Source of the DNA: Octopus vulgaris
Taxonomy: Eukaryota
Length of the DNA: 64,000 bases
Reading direction: 5' to 3'
NCBI GenBank assembly: GCA_951406725.2
Contig: OX597814.1
Coordinates: 34,906,001 to 34,970,000, forward strand
Shown here: positions 12,211 through 23,831 of the stretch, piece by piece
Position numbering within the stretch: the first letter of the stretch is position 1
Layout: each line of letters opens with the position of its first letter
Position numbers and translations under genes: made by a program
Notes under the pieces: generated by a model
Database searches by the model: none
The model's input: the letters and a program-made list of their open reading frames with translations, nothing else
Told to the model about the DNA's origin: nothing

Positions 12211-13580
12211 TTTCATCGCGACAACGATAACATCGTTGGACGACGAAGTGAGCGGCGGGGAAAGCCGCCGCCGCCGCCGCCATCGTGGATTTTTTACGCG
12301 TGCATATTAGCTGAAGTATTTTCTTACTCCGAATGAGAATGCTAGTTTTAGAGTAGCAAGGAAAAAGGTCGTGAGGTCTAACGCTTGTAGTGATTTCCAA
12401 AGTTTTATTTATGCATTTTGGAAGTTATATGATGTGAAGTGCAAAATTGTATCCTTGACATGAATAATAATAACGTCTCCGAGTTATAGAAACAGACTTT
12501 GGTGGATGAACTTTGAAGTCAACCAAGATGACGACTTCAAAGATGAAAGATTTCTTTAGTGTAAGACGTACTGAAACAGTTATTGTTGCGCAGAAAAACT
12601 CAAAATGTGGTTGAAGAAAAGAGATGTTGAGCTTCAGTAACTAGAAATCTATGTTGAAATCTATGTTGAATAGCTAAGTGGTTGGATTTGGATACGCACT
12701 AACTCTATGTTTCTGATTGTATCTAAAATATAGATAGTAGCCTGCATAAAAGAGATGGGCTATGTCTGTGGTTTGATAGATATGCACCTTTGTAAGAAGT
12801 CAGAATTACATTATTATAGGAAATGATGGATCGGATCCATATCAGACCGAAGTCCACGAATGTTCATAAGGAGATGAGAGACTTGTCCAGTAGATTAACT
12901 GTTGTTTCTAATTTTGTTCAATTGTTCATAATATACTTATAAAAGATTTAGTGAAAGTTGGGAAGGATGAGGAAACTAAAACTCATGATTTATCGTTAAC
13001 TACTTATTCGATCTCTAAGTATTTCTTTTGGTCGTGAATCACCGCTGGTCAGCCTCTGAAAATCATGGTCACGGTGGGTTGCCAGTCATAAACATTGAAT
13101 TTATAAATGTATAATAGTAAATATAATAAATCTTTACCATGCATTTTATTTCGAATTGTGACCTATAAAAAAATTCCCTAGCGAACACAGAACATGGACT
13201 GTAAAGCTAACAAGGTTAATTTTTTTTTCCTTTACGAAGACTCGGAATGTTGAGAGAAAGAATGAAATGTTCATTGCTGTTACGTAAACTATTGTAAGCC
13301 GTTAGTTACTATGTATTAGATGGATATGTTTCTGAAATATCTAGTACGTTTTCTATGAATCGCAATTTGTAAAATGTCATTAGCCACATTTACTCCTCAG
13401 TCATCGATGAAGTTTTAATGTAAATATTTCGAAGAAATAAGGCACTTCTTCATCTAATTTTATCTGTCATTCCGCAACAAGGCGATTGTCTGAATTTATA
13501 AATGAAACATTTCTAAGTTTATTAAATGTCTCAGAGATCAAATACTTAGATTTTGTTAGTGTTGTTTAACAAGCCAGGCA

Positions 13581-13997
13581 TTACTCTCTTTTACTCTTTT
13601 TACTTGTTTCAGTCATTTGACTGTGACCATGCTGGAGCACCGCCTTTAGTCGAGGAAATCGACCCCAGGACTTATTCTTCGGAAGCCTAGTACTTATTCT
13701 ATCGGTCTCTTTTTCCGAACCGCTAAGTTGCGGGGACGTAAATACACCAGCATCGGTTGTCAAGCGATGTTGGGGGGGGGGGGGGGTTGACAAACACAGA
13801 CACACAAATATATACACACACATACATATATATACATACATATATGCGACGGGCTTCTTTCAGTTTCCGTCTACCAAATCCACTCACAAGGTTTTGGTCG
13901 GCTCGAGGGTATAGTAGAAGACACTTGACCAAGGTGCCACGCAGTCGGAATGAACCCGGAATCATGTGGTTTGTAAGCAAGCTACTTACCACATAGC
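13581..13997 (-). mobile_element. tRNA-derived SINE family B (CORE-like segment, internal microsatellite, (AAAGAGT)n tail)
   Basis: Minus strand GTGGTAAGTAGCTTGCTT...GGTTCATTCC...GTGGCACCTTGGTCAAGTGTCTT...CAAATGACTGAAACAAGTAAAA. Repeated at least five times in the window. Confidence 0.88.
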
Positions 13998-14416
13998 TGA
14001 TCTATGGTAAAGGCGATCCATATTGTACCGGGCATTTATTTTCATACATGGTATATCTAGGAATATGTTACATAATACGCTGCAGAATTTGCAAGTTAGC
14101 TTTACTACTAGCAAGAAAGCCGTCTAAATGTAAACAGTAGCTGACAAGGGAAATAACTCCTGGTAGAGTTCTCTCCCATCGAAAAAACTATCTTTCACAA
14201 CATCCTTATGTAAATATACTTGATTGACTTCCGTAATTGTCACAAGTAAATCAGTTTGTCCAGGACGTGTATTTACTGGATAACATCCAATGCTTTTACA
14301 CTTAGTACTATAAATATATAGAGAATCAAGTGCGTATAATTTATACATGCTTGAATATAGATTCTACAACATTTCTCACTGCATCACATTATCTTATTGT
14401 GATGCTAACTTACTCA

Positions 14417-14826
14417 TACTCTCATTTACTTGTTTCAGTCATTTGACTGCAGCCATGCTGCAGCACCGCCTTTTAATCGAGCAAATCGACCCCAGGACTT
14501 ATTCTTTGTAAGCCCAGTACTTATTTTATCGGTCTCTTTTGCCGAACCACTAAGTGACGGGGACGTAAACACACCAGCACCGGTTGTCAAGCAATGCTAG
14601 GGGGACAAACACAGACACACAAACATATACACACACACACACATATATATATATACATATATACGACAGGCTTCTTTCAGTTTCCGTCTACCAAATCCAC
14701 TCACAAGGCTTTGGTCGGCCCGAGGCTATAGCAGAAGACACTTGCCCAAGATGCCACGCAGTGGGACTGAACCCGGAACCATGTGGTTGGTAAGCAAGCT
14801 ACTTACCACACAGCCACTCCTGCGCC
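14417..14826 (-). mobile_element. SINE family B, full length
   Basis: Starts GGCGCAGGAGTGGCTGTGTGGTAAG on the minus strand; same body as 13581-13997. Confidence 0.9.
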
Positions 14827-14839
14827 TGGATTCTTATGG

Positions 14840-14917
14840 ATTCTTCTTCTTCTTCTTCTTCTTCTTCTTCTTCTTCTTCTTCTTCTTCTTCTTCTTCTTC
14901 TTCTTCTTCTTCTTCTT

Positions 14918-14947
<30 letters not shown>
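14840..14947. repeat. (TTC)n microsatellite
   Basis: Direct tandem repeat. Confidence 0.98.
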
Positions 14948-14948
<1 letters not shown>

Positions 14949-15057
14949 ATATTATCTATCTATCTATCTGTCTGTCTTTGTGAACGTATGCGGCTCTTTG
15001 TCTATCTGGCTGCCTGATTCAAAATGTGTACAAGCTACTATGTACACACACACACAC

Positions 15058-15240
15058 TACCTCCGAAACACGCAATGAGTCGAAACAGGGGCAGCTGAAG
15101 AAGGGGAATGTTCTTTGTGTTGTTGTCTTGTACTCTGTTTTTTCGTTGTTAAAAAAAAAGTCCGTTTCCTTGTTTTGTTTTTATGTTTTCGTTTCTCGTT
15201 TTGTTCTACGTTTATTTGTGGTGTCCTGTACCCATATATG
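15058..15240 (+). mobile_element. Microsatellite-embedded repeat, probable PLE terminal-repeat relic (second copy about 61460-61640)
   Basis: GAAACACGCA..GAGTCGAA..AGGG.CAGCTGA.GAAGGGGAAT...TGTACTCTGTTTTTTCGTTGTTAAAAAA...GGTGTCCTGTAC is shared by both loci. Confidence 0.6.
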
Positions 15241-15321
15241 CATGTATATATACATATAGATATAGGTATGTACACATATATATATATGTGTGTGTATGCA
15301 TATGTTTTATTTATTAAATTG

Positions 15322-15359
<38 letters not shown>

Positions 15360-15486
15360 AATGTGTGTATATGTGTGCGTGCATATGTATTTATATATGT
15401 ATGTTTCCATGTATGAATGACCGCATGTCGACCGTTGGCGATTTTTTTCCTCTGTCTTCCCTTTTCTGGATCTTTCCTTCTCCTAT

Positions 15487-15522
15487 GTTACCGACGAAGA
15501 GCTCCGCTCGAAACGTTAAACC
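15487..15522 (+). ncRNA. Minimal type I hammerhead-like motif (CCGACGA core) in a PLE-type terminal repeat
   Basis: CCGACGA-A-GAGC-tcc-GCTC-GAAA-CG-TT; same layout as the motif at 25923-25960. Confidence 0.55.
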
Positions 15523-16027
15523 CACCTTCTTTCCTGAGTGTCCAATAATACTATATTTGTTCCACGTCCTCGCGTTGTTGTGTTTTTTTTTGTGCTTTCT
15601 ATGTATGATGTAAGTATATATGGCTATACGTGTGTGCGAGAGTGTGTGTATGTATATGTGTGTGTGCATGTATGTATGTATGTATGTATGTATGTATGTA
15701 TGTATGTTTGTATGTATGTATGTACACATATAAATAAAATATTTTTTATCTCGCACATGTGTATTGTAGGGTCAGTTGGGCACCGTCTGTGAGAAAAACT
15801 GCAGCATGACGCAATTCACGCTTCCAGAAATTTGGAAACGACATGCTGTACTGCTTGGCATTCGCACTGTAAGTCACTTAATTTAGACAATAATATATTC
15901 ATCGCAGCCTGTATGTATGCGTATATATGTGTGTGTGTGTGAGTGTGTTCCCCATCGCCGCTTCACATCCTATCATTGTTGGTGTGTTTACGTCCCCGTA
16001 ACGTACCTCCTCCAGCCACTTGGTGTA

Positions 16028-16110
<83 letters not shown>

Positions 16111-16514
16111 CCAAACCTGTTGGCCTATGACCTCTCTACAAAATAAAGGAGGAAAATACTTCGTTTCTCCGTCAACGACAGGGGATTGTCTCCCTTTGGC
16201 TAGCAATCGCAAATGACCCTGTCATCGTGCGGCTCCCTGTTAGTAAAGAACACCCTCAACCCGTGGAGCATCCTTAACTCCAGAACGGAAGTCTTCGGAC
16301 CACGCTTGCACTTCAGGTAGTTCCTGCTGGCCTACTGGAAATCATGCGATTGACAGCCAAAGGAAGATTATCCCCTATCGTTGACAGTGTAACAAAGTGT
16401 TTTCCTTCGCCGTTTTCTAGAGAGGCCAAAGGCCAACAGGTTTGGGATCTGACGATACGCTATAAAGCTAACCTCTTTAGGACGTGGAACCCAGGGTAAT
16501 CCCATAAACCGGCC
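16111..16514 (+). mobile_element. Non-coding rod-like element ending in a type I hammerhead motif
   Basis: Long imperfect inverted repeat 16111-16445, followed by GGGAT-CTGACGA-stem II-GAA(C)-CCAG-GTA-ATCCC (16444-16503). Related to 56317-56566. Confidence 0.7.
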
Positions 16515-16552
16515 TCATCTAACTCTATGTATATATCTATATCTACATCTAC

Positions 16553-16611
<59 letters not shown>

Positions 16612-16747
16612 CTTTATTATTATAAAAGCTCCAAAAGCATCACAAAAATATCACGAAAACCTGTTAGTTAATGTCTCACGTTCCGATTCGTCGGATAGTT
16701 TAGATTTAAAATTTGTGATATTTTTGCAGCTTTCATAATAATAAAGC
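16612..16747. repeat. About 35-bp imperfect inverted repeat
   Basis: CTTTATTATTATAAAAGCTCCAAAAGCATCACAAA pairs with TTTGTGATATTTTTGCAGCTTTCATAATAATAAAG. Confidence 0.85.
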
Positions 16748-16848
16748 ACATTACTCTACTTCCAGTATTCGAGTACTGTTTTTTCCCGCCATGTTTCACA
16801 TTTATGTGTTTACCTTGGTGTATATATATATATATATATACATACATG

Positions 16849-16930
<82 letters not shown>

Positions 16931-16993
16931 CATATATATATACATATATATGCATATATGCTTATACACAGTTATGCATATATATATATATAT

Positions 16994-17026
<33 letters not shown>

Positions 17027-17177
17027 TATACATATATATATATACATATATATACATACATACATATATATATATACATATATATATATACATATATATG
17101 CATATATGCTTATACACATTTATGCATATATATATATATTACACACACATACTCTTGCGCACAGTCACACACGCGCG

Positions 17178-17210
<33 letters not shown>

Positions 17211-18034
17211 GCACACACGCACGCTCGCACTCACACACAAACACACACACATACATACATACATACATACATACATACATACATACATACATACATACAT
17301 ACATACATACATACATACATGCATACATACATACATACATACATACATACATGCATACATATGTGCATACATATAGAAGTACACACTTCTGTGTATACAT
17401 CGACAGTTCACCCGCCACACCAACTTAACCATATATTTACAAAAACCAGCAACTCTCGTAACTAAAAATGTCTTGTCGCTTTGTTAGTGATCGACTTGAA
17501 CTTCCTCAAGAACTTAAATAAAACTCAAAGAAAAATCATTCATGACTAATGAAGATCTGATAGTCTACTTGTTATCAAATTTTGTGAGTAAGATTACTAC
17601 GACAACGATTATTTGAGTTAAACAGGGGTAGATAATTCAATAAAATTGCATTGCAAAATTATTTCCCTTCTTTGCATGCATGTTTACGTAACGAATGTGG
17701 GAAATTATACCGACGCTTGATTGTATTCCACGCTGCAATTGTTTATAATTTATAGATTTTAGCAAGAAATCATGCTCTCTTTATACTGGAAATATAAAGA
17801 ATTTTAATAAGTTTTGACAATCATGCTCATTAAGGAAAAATATATGATGACTGATAGAACAATTTATAATTCATCTGGAGTTTTCTCTAGTGAGGCAGAT
17901 CTACAAATACTCTACACGAACGGTGAGAATCATTATTAATAATGAAGATGATGATGATGGTGGTGGTGATGATGATTAAAAATAATAATTACAACCACAA
18001 CAACACCAACCACATCAACAATAATAATAATACT

Positions 18035-18240
18035 TTCTACTGTAGGCTCAAGGCCTGAAATTTTGGGTAAGGGACTATTCCATTAAATCGACACCAGTGC
18101 TTAACTGTTAGTTATTTTATCGATTTCGAGAGGACCAAAGGTAAAATCGACCATAGCGGACTTTGCATCCAGAGCATGAAGACAAACAAAATACTGTTAA
18201 GCACTATATCCGGCGTGTTAACCAAAATTCCAGCTCGTCG
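18035..18240 (-). mobile_element. Old, diverged SINE family A copy
   Basis: Degenerate match to head and body; (TAT)n tail. Confidence 0.6.
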
Positions 18241-18299
18241 GTACAGGGACGTCCTCAGATCCGATACTAACTTTGGTTAGTTACATTATTTTAACCCCT

Positions 18300-18600
18300 T
18301 CAGGTCTGTCTTTAAACCCGGCTTAGGTATGTTGGTACTTGTAATTTATGGTGGATCTTTCACTCTATTCCTTCAATTTCTAAGTCAGAAAGTATTTCCT
18401 CTTCCTCGATACACAATAGGTAGTCTGCAAGACATTGTTCAATGAGTTTAAACACTCTTACGTCATCTTAAATATTCAATATTCTTTTTCCAGAATCCTC
18501 GCTTCCTTGCTTAATTTCTTCAGTAATATTCCATTGATATCTTTTTCCAGTTTTTTCCCCCACCGTGTAAGAGGATGATAAGCAGCTCATTGCTGCTAGG
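18300..18600 (-). mobile_element. Possible N-terminal remnant of an R4/Dong-like element
   Basis: Minus strand encodes EQCLAD...LSDLEIEGI, similar to the region near 39860-39920 of the larger copy. Confidence 0.35.
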
Positions 18601-18686
18601 CCTCAAAACAAATAAAGGCCGAAAAACTGTGACCAGAAGCGCAGTTTCGTTTACATAGTTGTTTTCATATTACCTTTGGCCTATAA

Positions 18687-18823
18687 GGCGGCGAGCTGGC
18701 AGAATCATTAGCGCGCCGGGCAAAATGCTGAGCGGCATTTCGTCTGGTTTAACGTTCTCAGTTCAAATTCCGCTGTGGTCGACTTTGCCTTTCATCCTTT
18801 CGGGGTCGATAAAATAAGTACCA
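18687..18823 (+). mobile_element. SINE family A, 3'-truncated
   Basis: GGCGGCGAGCTGGCAGAATCATTAGCG...GTTCAAATTCC...GGGGTCGATAAAATAAGTACCA. Confidence 0.88.
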
Positions 18824-19732
18824 ATATTACCTTGGGTCTCATACAGTCACATGTAGATAGTGACTTTAGGGTTATAATACTGTAGGTGATTTTTTTTGTT
18901 TTGAGACACCAAATATATGGGTTTTTCTAATCAATGGCTAAAGTGATCCTTCACTCCTCGCGGCTGATTTGACTTTGCCTATGGTCCGTAGTTTTATTGA
19001 GACATCACCTCTTGGCAGATGGTTGGCAAGACTTAGATCTATCTATACATATTGAGACATGTCATACAGCGCTCGTTGACATCTCCGTACTTCGTCCTTC
19101 ACTGATCACATGTATTTTCGATCATGGTCCTGTAGAACAGATATTAGGTTCCCGTCGGTCTGTTGTGACAGGATATTCGCTTGAAAATACATTTCCGTGT
19201 ACAAATATATGTAGATTCAGTTTGAATGGCCGTTGACTCTTTTGGGTCCATCATCCGCTTGCAATTGTCTGTTTTTGTAGGGTGTTCAAATATGCAAAAA
19301 TAAAAAGCAAAGAGCAAAACAAATAAGCTACAATATCATCCACTACTCCAAGCAGGCTCGGTGGGATTGCCAACTTAGTCAATTATATTAAATCAATTAT
19401 ATTACAAATCAATTATATTAAAATTGTATTTGTTCGCCCTTTTTCTCTCTCACTTTCTTATAATATCTTTATCAAGTATGATGGAGATTGTACCACACTG
19501 AAGAGGATGGTCTCGTTGAGCTGCACACATGAGTGCTTCTGTCTTTATCTTTAGGTCATTCCTCCTCATCCATAACCACCTTGCAAACTGACCGAACATT
19601 TTCTTTTCTTTCCATGTTTTTCTTTTTTTTTCATTTTTTGTTCAAAACTTGTTTAAATTTTTCTTCCGTTACACAATGTTCAGTTTGGATGACGCCGGCC
19701 TTCTTCGTGTATTTCAATAGTGGCTCTACAGC

Positions 19733-19751
19733 ATTATTATTATTATTATCG

Positions 19752-19839
<88 letters not shown>

Positions 19840-19936
19840 CATTATTATTATTCTATGTTTGACTTTTGCTTTATGTCTGTACAAGTTGGCTCCAAGTCTC
19901 ACCCAGAGACCTCAAGAGCCAATAGTGGCACTACAG

Positions 19937-20008
<72 letters not shown>

Positions 20009-20034
20009 CATTATTATTATTATTATTATTATTA

Positions 20035-20102
<68 letters not shown>

Positions 20103-20103
20103 T
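19733..20103. repeat. Two (TAT)n microsatellite runs
   Basis: Direct tandem repeats separated by a short unique insert. Confidence 0.95.
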
Positions 20104-20360
20104 TACTTCTCAGAACTCACGGTCTAACTTGTTCTGGTTGATTCTCTGAGATCGAACAGTAACCTGTTGTCAGAGTTCTCAGAGGGCCTCTTCCCGCAAA
20201 TTATAAGCTTTGGTACCAGGATGTTAACTTATTGTGAAATACACTCAACTCCAAAGCACCAATTTCAAAATCCTAGCTGTCCCCAATAGAGCAGTTTTTT
20301 GGGCCTGCTCTACTCTCATGTCAATTCCAATTTCTCCGACATATTTCTTGAGCCTGGTCT
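20104..20360 (-). mobile_element. 3' end of an R4/Dong-like retroelement abutting (TAA)n
   Basis: Minus strand encodes LKKYVGEIGIDMRVEQAQKTALLGTARIL, matching LQKTVLLGTARILRR at about 42850-42900. Confidence 0.75.
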
Positions 20361-20369
20361 GACAAGATG

Positions 20370-21240
20370 CTTAGCGTAATTTCTTCCGGGTTTACATTCT
20401 GAATTCAAATGACTTCGAAATTAACTTTGCTCCTAACCTTTTCAGATTCAATGAAATAAGTACCACTTGAGCACTGGGGTCCATGTAATCGACTAGACCT
20501 TTCCCCAAAACAAAATTCCAACCCTTGTGCCTATAGCAGAATAAATTAGTATTAGTAAAGTAGCTAGCCTTCAGAATCGTTATCGCATCGCAGAAAATGA
20601 TTAGTGGAATTTCTTTTGGCTCTGATTTCAAATAGTATTAAATCAATTTTGCTTATACACATTCAAAGTTAATAATATCCATTCAAAGTTAATAATATAT
20701 AGGCGAGTACCAGCGTCGATGTAATCAACTTACTCGCTCCCACTAAAATTGCTAGCCTAATGCCAAACTTTGGAACAGTTATTAATATTGAATTCAGCAA
20801 CTAAAGTGTGCCAGTACTTTGTATATAAAGCGGTGAGCAACCGGAATTGTAAGAACATTAGGCACTGGCTCTTTACACGCTGACTTCGAATCCCGCAGAG
20901 GTCAAATTTATCTTCCATTCCTCCGAGATCAATAAAATTAAGCATCAGATAAGTACTAGGATCGTTGGTATCAATTAACACAATCCTCTAAAAATGACTG
21001 GCCTTGTGCCTAAATAAGAAACTGTTATTATTCCTTGAAGCAGGAGGATTCACAGGATGCATAAAGTTTCGTTGAAATGATTTGTGGTATTTAGTTAAAA
21101 CCGTATATTTTCAGAATTCGAATCCCTTCAAAATCGAGTTTGCCTTTGTTACTTCTAGAAGCGGAGAGGGTCAATAAAATAAACGTAATTTAGTATTGTA
21201 AGTGTCTGTAAACGACACACTCGATTCCTCTAACCTTGTG
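20370..21240. mobile_element. Cluster of about four highly diverged SINE family A relatives
   Basis: Repeated degenerate TTCGAATCC/TTCAAAT B-boxes followed by TTTGC.TT.CATCC...GATAAAATAAG-like bodies. Confidence 0.5.
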
Positions 21241-23150
21241 TGACGAATTATTTATTATTAGTTTTTGTATTAGAGTAAAATACTAATTTGCATTCAAAAT
21301 CGTGTTGAAAGTTTTCACCATATCTACGGTAGACTTGGTGGTATTTAACTCTCATAAAAGTTAATAACCACTTCTTTCGATAAGTGCCATAAACAGTTTC
21401 AATAAAAATAAAAGTGCATAAATTAATATTTTGAACAAGGAAAATAATTGAAAATAATCCATTGAGGAATGAGGAATGCGGGCAACAATGAGATAGTCAA
21501 CCATTTTTGGTTCATAACTCAACTAAATGCAGTGTTAAAGATTTATTAGCGATTTTAACGATTCAAACTCATATATCAGTAGCCGACTATCTTTAAAATA
21601 AAACCAAAATGTAACAAATCATTATATTCGAGGAACAATATTTAATAATTGAAAAATAATTAATAGCTGTCTTTTGCTTAATGAGATTTTGCTAATTCAA
21701 AAATACTGGGTTTGGTATTTAACAAACAGAGCTTCAAGTCCTTGCGTTTGCATATTGGTAATATTCGTCACTGATTTTCTAACTGGTGGACTACTACACT
21801 TAACCCTTTCTAGGCGAGTTATGAGGAAAAATTCGCTAATGACCTTCTAAAGCTGCTGTATTTCGTTTATTATATCACTGATTGCAAAACATGCTTATAT
21901 TCTAATCTCGAAAAAGGTGTTTTTTTTAAATGCATTTAAAAAGAAGGTATTGCAACCGAATTGAATATTGTATTAGAAAAACCCATCCTGTAATCATTAA
22001 GTGGTTCCCATAAAGCTCTCTTGATATTAGCCATCCCCTTGTGAGTTCAGAAAATCCCAAGCGGATGCTATTGTTAAGAGACACTGCTATAAACGGATTC
22101 AATTGTAGTCGAGTTGAACAACTGGAGAATCGAGCAATCTGCACTAAACTGGACAAATATGATGACGTATCATCAGGAGCTCCTTTTAACCTGAATATGT
22201 TGGTGGGGGTTGTAGCTTACCACTAGGAGAAACGATTAAATGACGGCTACTTTTGTCACCGATAGGTATATTTTCTTGAAAGCCCGGGCAAATGTAGGAA
22301 ATATGTAGTTTAACTACCTTGTACCATTAGGTATTAGGTCTCTTCTTTATTTTCATGGACATATGAGGTTTTTTTCCGGCTAGAATGTTCATTTACTGGT
22401 AAGCACCACTTTTTGGCCCTTAGGCCAGCCGTGACTGATGATACATAAACTTGCACTGGGCTTGTAACATATCAGTTGATTTCTGGAGGATAATTGTGCC
22501 AGGTCATCATTTTGTCATTACTTGAATTGCTTTACATGAATTATAATTAAGGGTCAACAATAAACTGAAGACCGACGTTTGGGATAACAAAGCTCTCTAA
22601 AAGAAGGGCAATGTGACCAGTAGAAAGTATCTTATATAGAAGTTTAGTGGAGTGGTGAGTGATGTCTTGGATAGACTGCAAGTCCCTGTAGATGCAGTGA
22701 AAAGAACTTTTACGATAACATCTACCTCAAGGTTTATGGGCATTTCCCCAAATTTGTTGACCTGTTGAACAACAGTATAACCAAATGCGAGTCAAAGAGA
22801 GAGAGTAATAATTGCTCTAGTCAACTTCTTCGAGAACCACTTTTGGCGAGAGATAAAGTTACAGAAAGGTGTGTTATCCTACATCTAGGGTTATAAAAAA
22901 AAATGGGCAAACATAATGAATATCGTCTGAGAATATCAATCATTTAGTTCCTGCAGGAAGTTGGTGGTGAAAGTTGGCGTATACGTCTTGCAAGGACCAT
23001 GTTTTAGGATAACCTGATCCCCACTAAGATGCTCTACTCAGCATTCGGGCTCATTATATATGAATTATTTGTAAAAAGGTCAACTTATCGTTTTACATAC
23101 GTGCACGCAAAAACACGCTCACATACATACACACGCATATGCACTATACA

Positions 23151-23790
23151 TACAGAGGGAGGTGCAAAAGTAGGTATACAGTTGTGTAAAAAGGAAACAC
23201 ATACAATACCCAATTTTATCAAAAAATAAATTTTAAAAGTTACGATAAGAGTATTTTTATAATTACGATAAATGTATTATTATAATTAATGACACTAAAA
23301 ATATAAAAAATGAGGCTAACTAATTTAATGTGCTAGTAATTTTAATGAATTAAATATTTACGGCACTCCGTCGGTTACGACGACGAGGGTTCCAGTTGAT
23401 CCGATCAAAGGAAGAGCCTGCACGTGAAATTAACGTGCAAGAGGATGAGCACACCACATACACGTGTAACCATAACGTATTTCTCAGGGAGATTCAGCGT
23501 GACATAGAGTGTGACAAGGCTGGTCCCTTGAAATACAGGTAAAACAGAAACAGAAAGAAAGAAGGAAAGAGTACCGCAAGGTTCTCCACCGTCCCCTGCC
23601 GGAGCTTCGTGGAGCTTTAGGTGTTTTCGCTCAATAAACACTCACAACGTCCGGTCTGGGAATCGAAACTGCGATTTTATGACCGCTTGTCCACTTCCCT
23701 AACCACCGGACCAAGGCGCCTCCACTAAGGAATTAACTATTATAACATTGATGTGATACTTACTGTATACCTACTTTTGCATCCCCTATA
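23151..23790. mobile_element. Tc1/mariner-type MITE with about 27-bp TIRs, interrupted by a SINE
   Basis: Left TACAGAGGGAGGTGCAAAAGTAGGTATACAGT and right ACTGTATACCTACTTTTGCATCCCCTATA; TA at both ends; AT-rich non-coding interior. Confidence 0.75.
23362..23725 (-). mobile_element. tRNA-derived SINE, head H1 + tail T2
   Basis: Minus strand GTGGAGGCGCCTTGGTCCGGTGGTTAGG...GTTTCGATTCCC...; ends GTCGTCGTAACCGACGGAGTGCC. Degenerate TSD AA(T/G)GAATTAA(A/C)TATT. Confidence 0.85.
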
Positions 23791-23831
23791 TATATAAACA
23801 GAACCAAGGCTCCTCCAAAATACTTTTTACT

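Noticed and set aside
12215-13220. Possible piggyBac relic ending AAGGTTAA
   Set aside because: No matching left TIR or recognisable transposase motif.
16791-17465. YI/HT/CV/MYVC-repeat ORFs here and throughout
   Set aside because: Translations of (TA)n, (CA)n and (TACA)n.
19495-19560. CTGAAGAG hammerhead-like start
   Set aside because: No downstream stem II/GAAA/NUH arrangement found.
21900-23030. Non-repetitive stretch that might be exonic or an old LINE
   Set aside because: Only short ORFs and vague RT-like hints; cannot be supported without a homology search.
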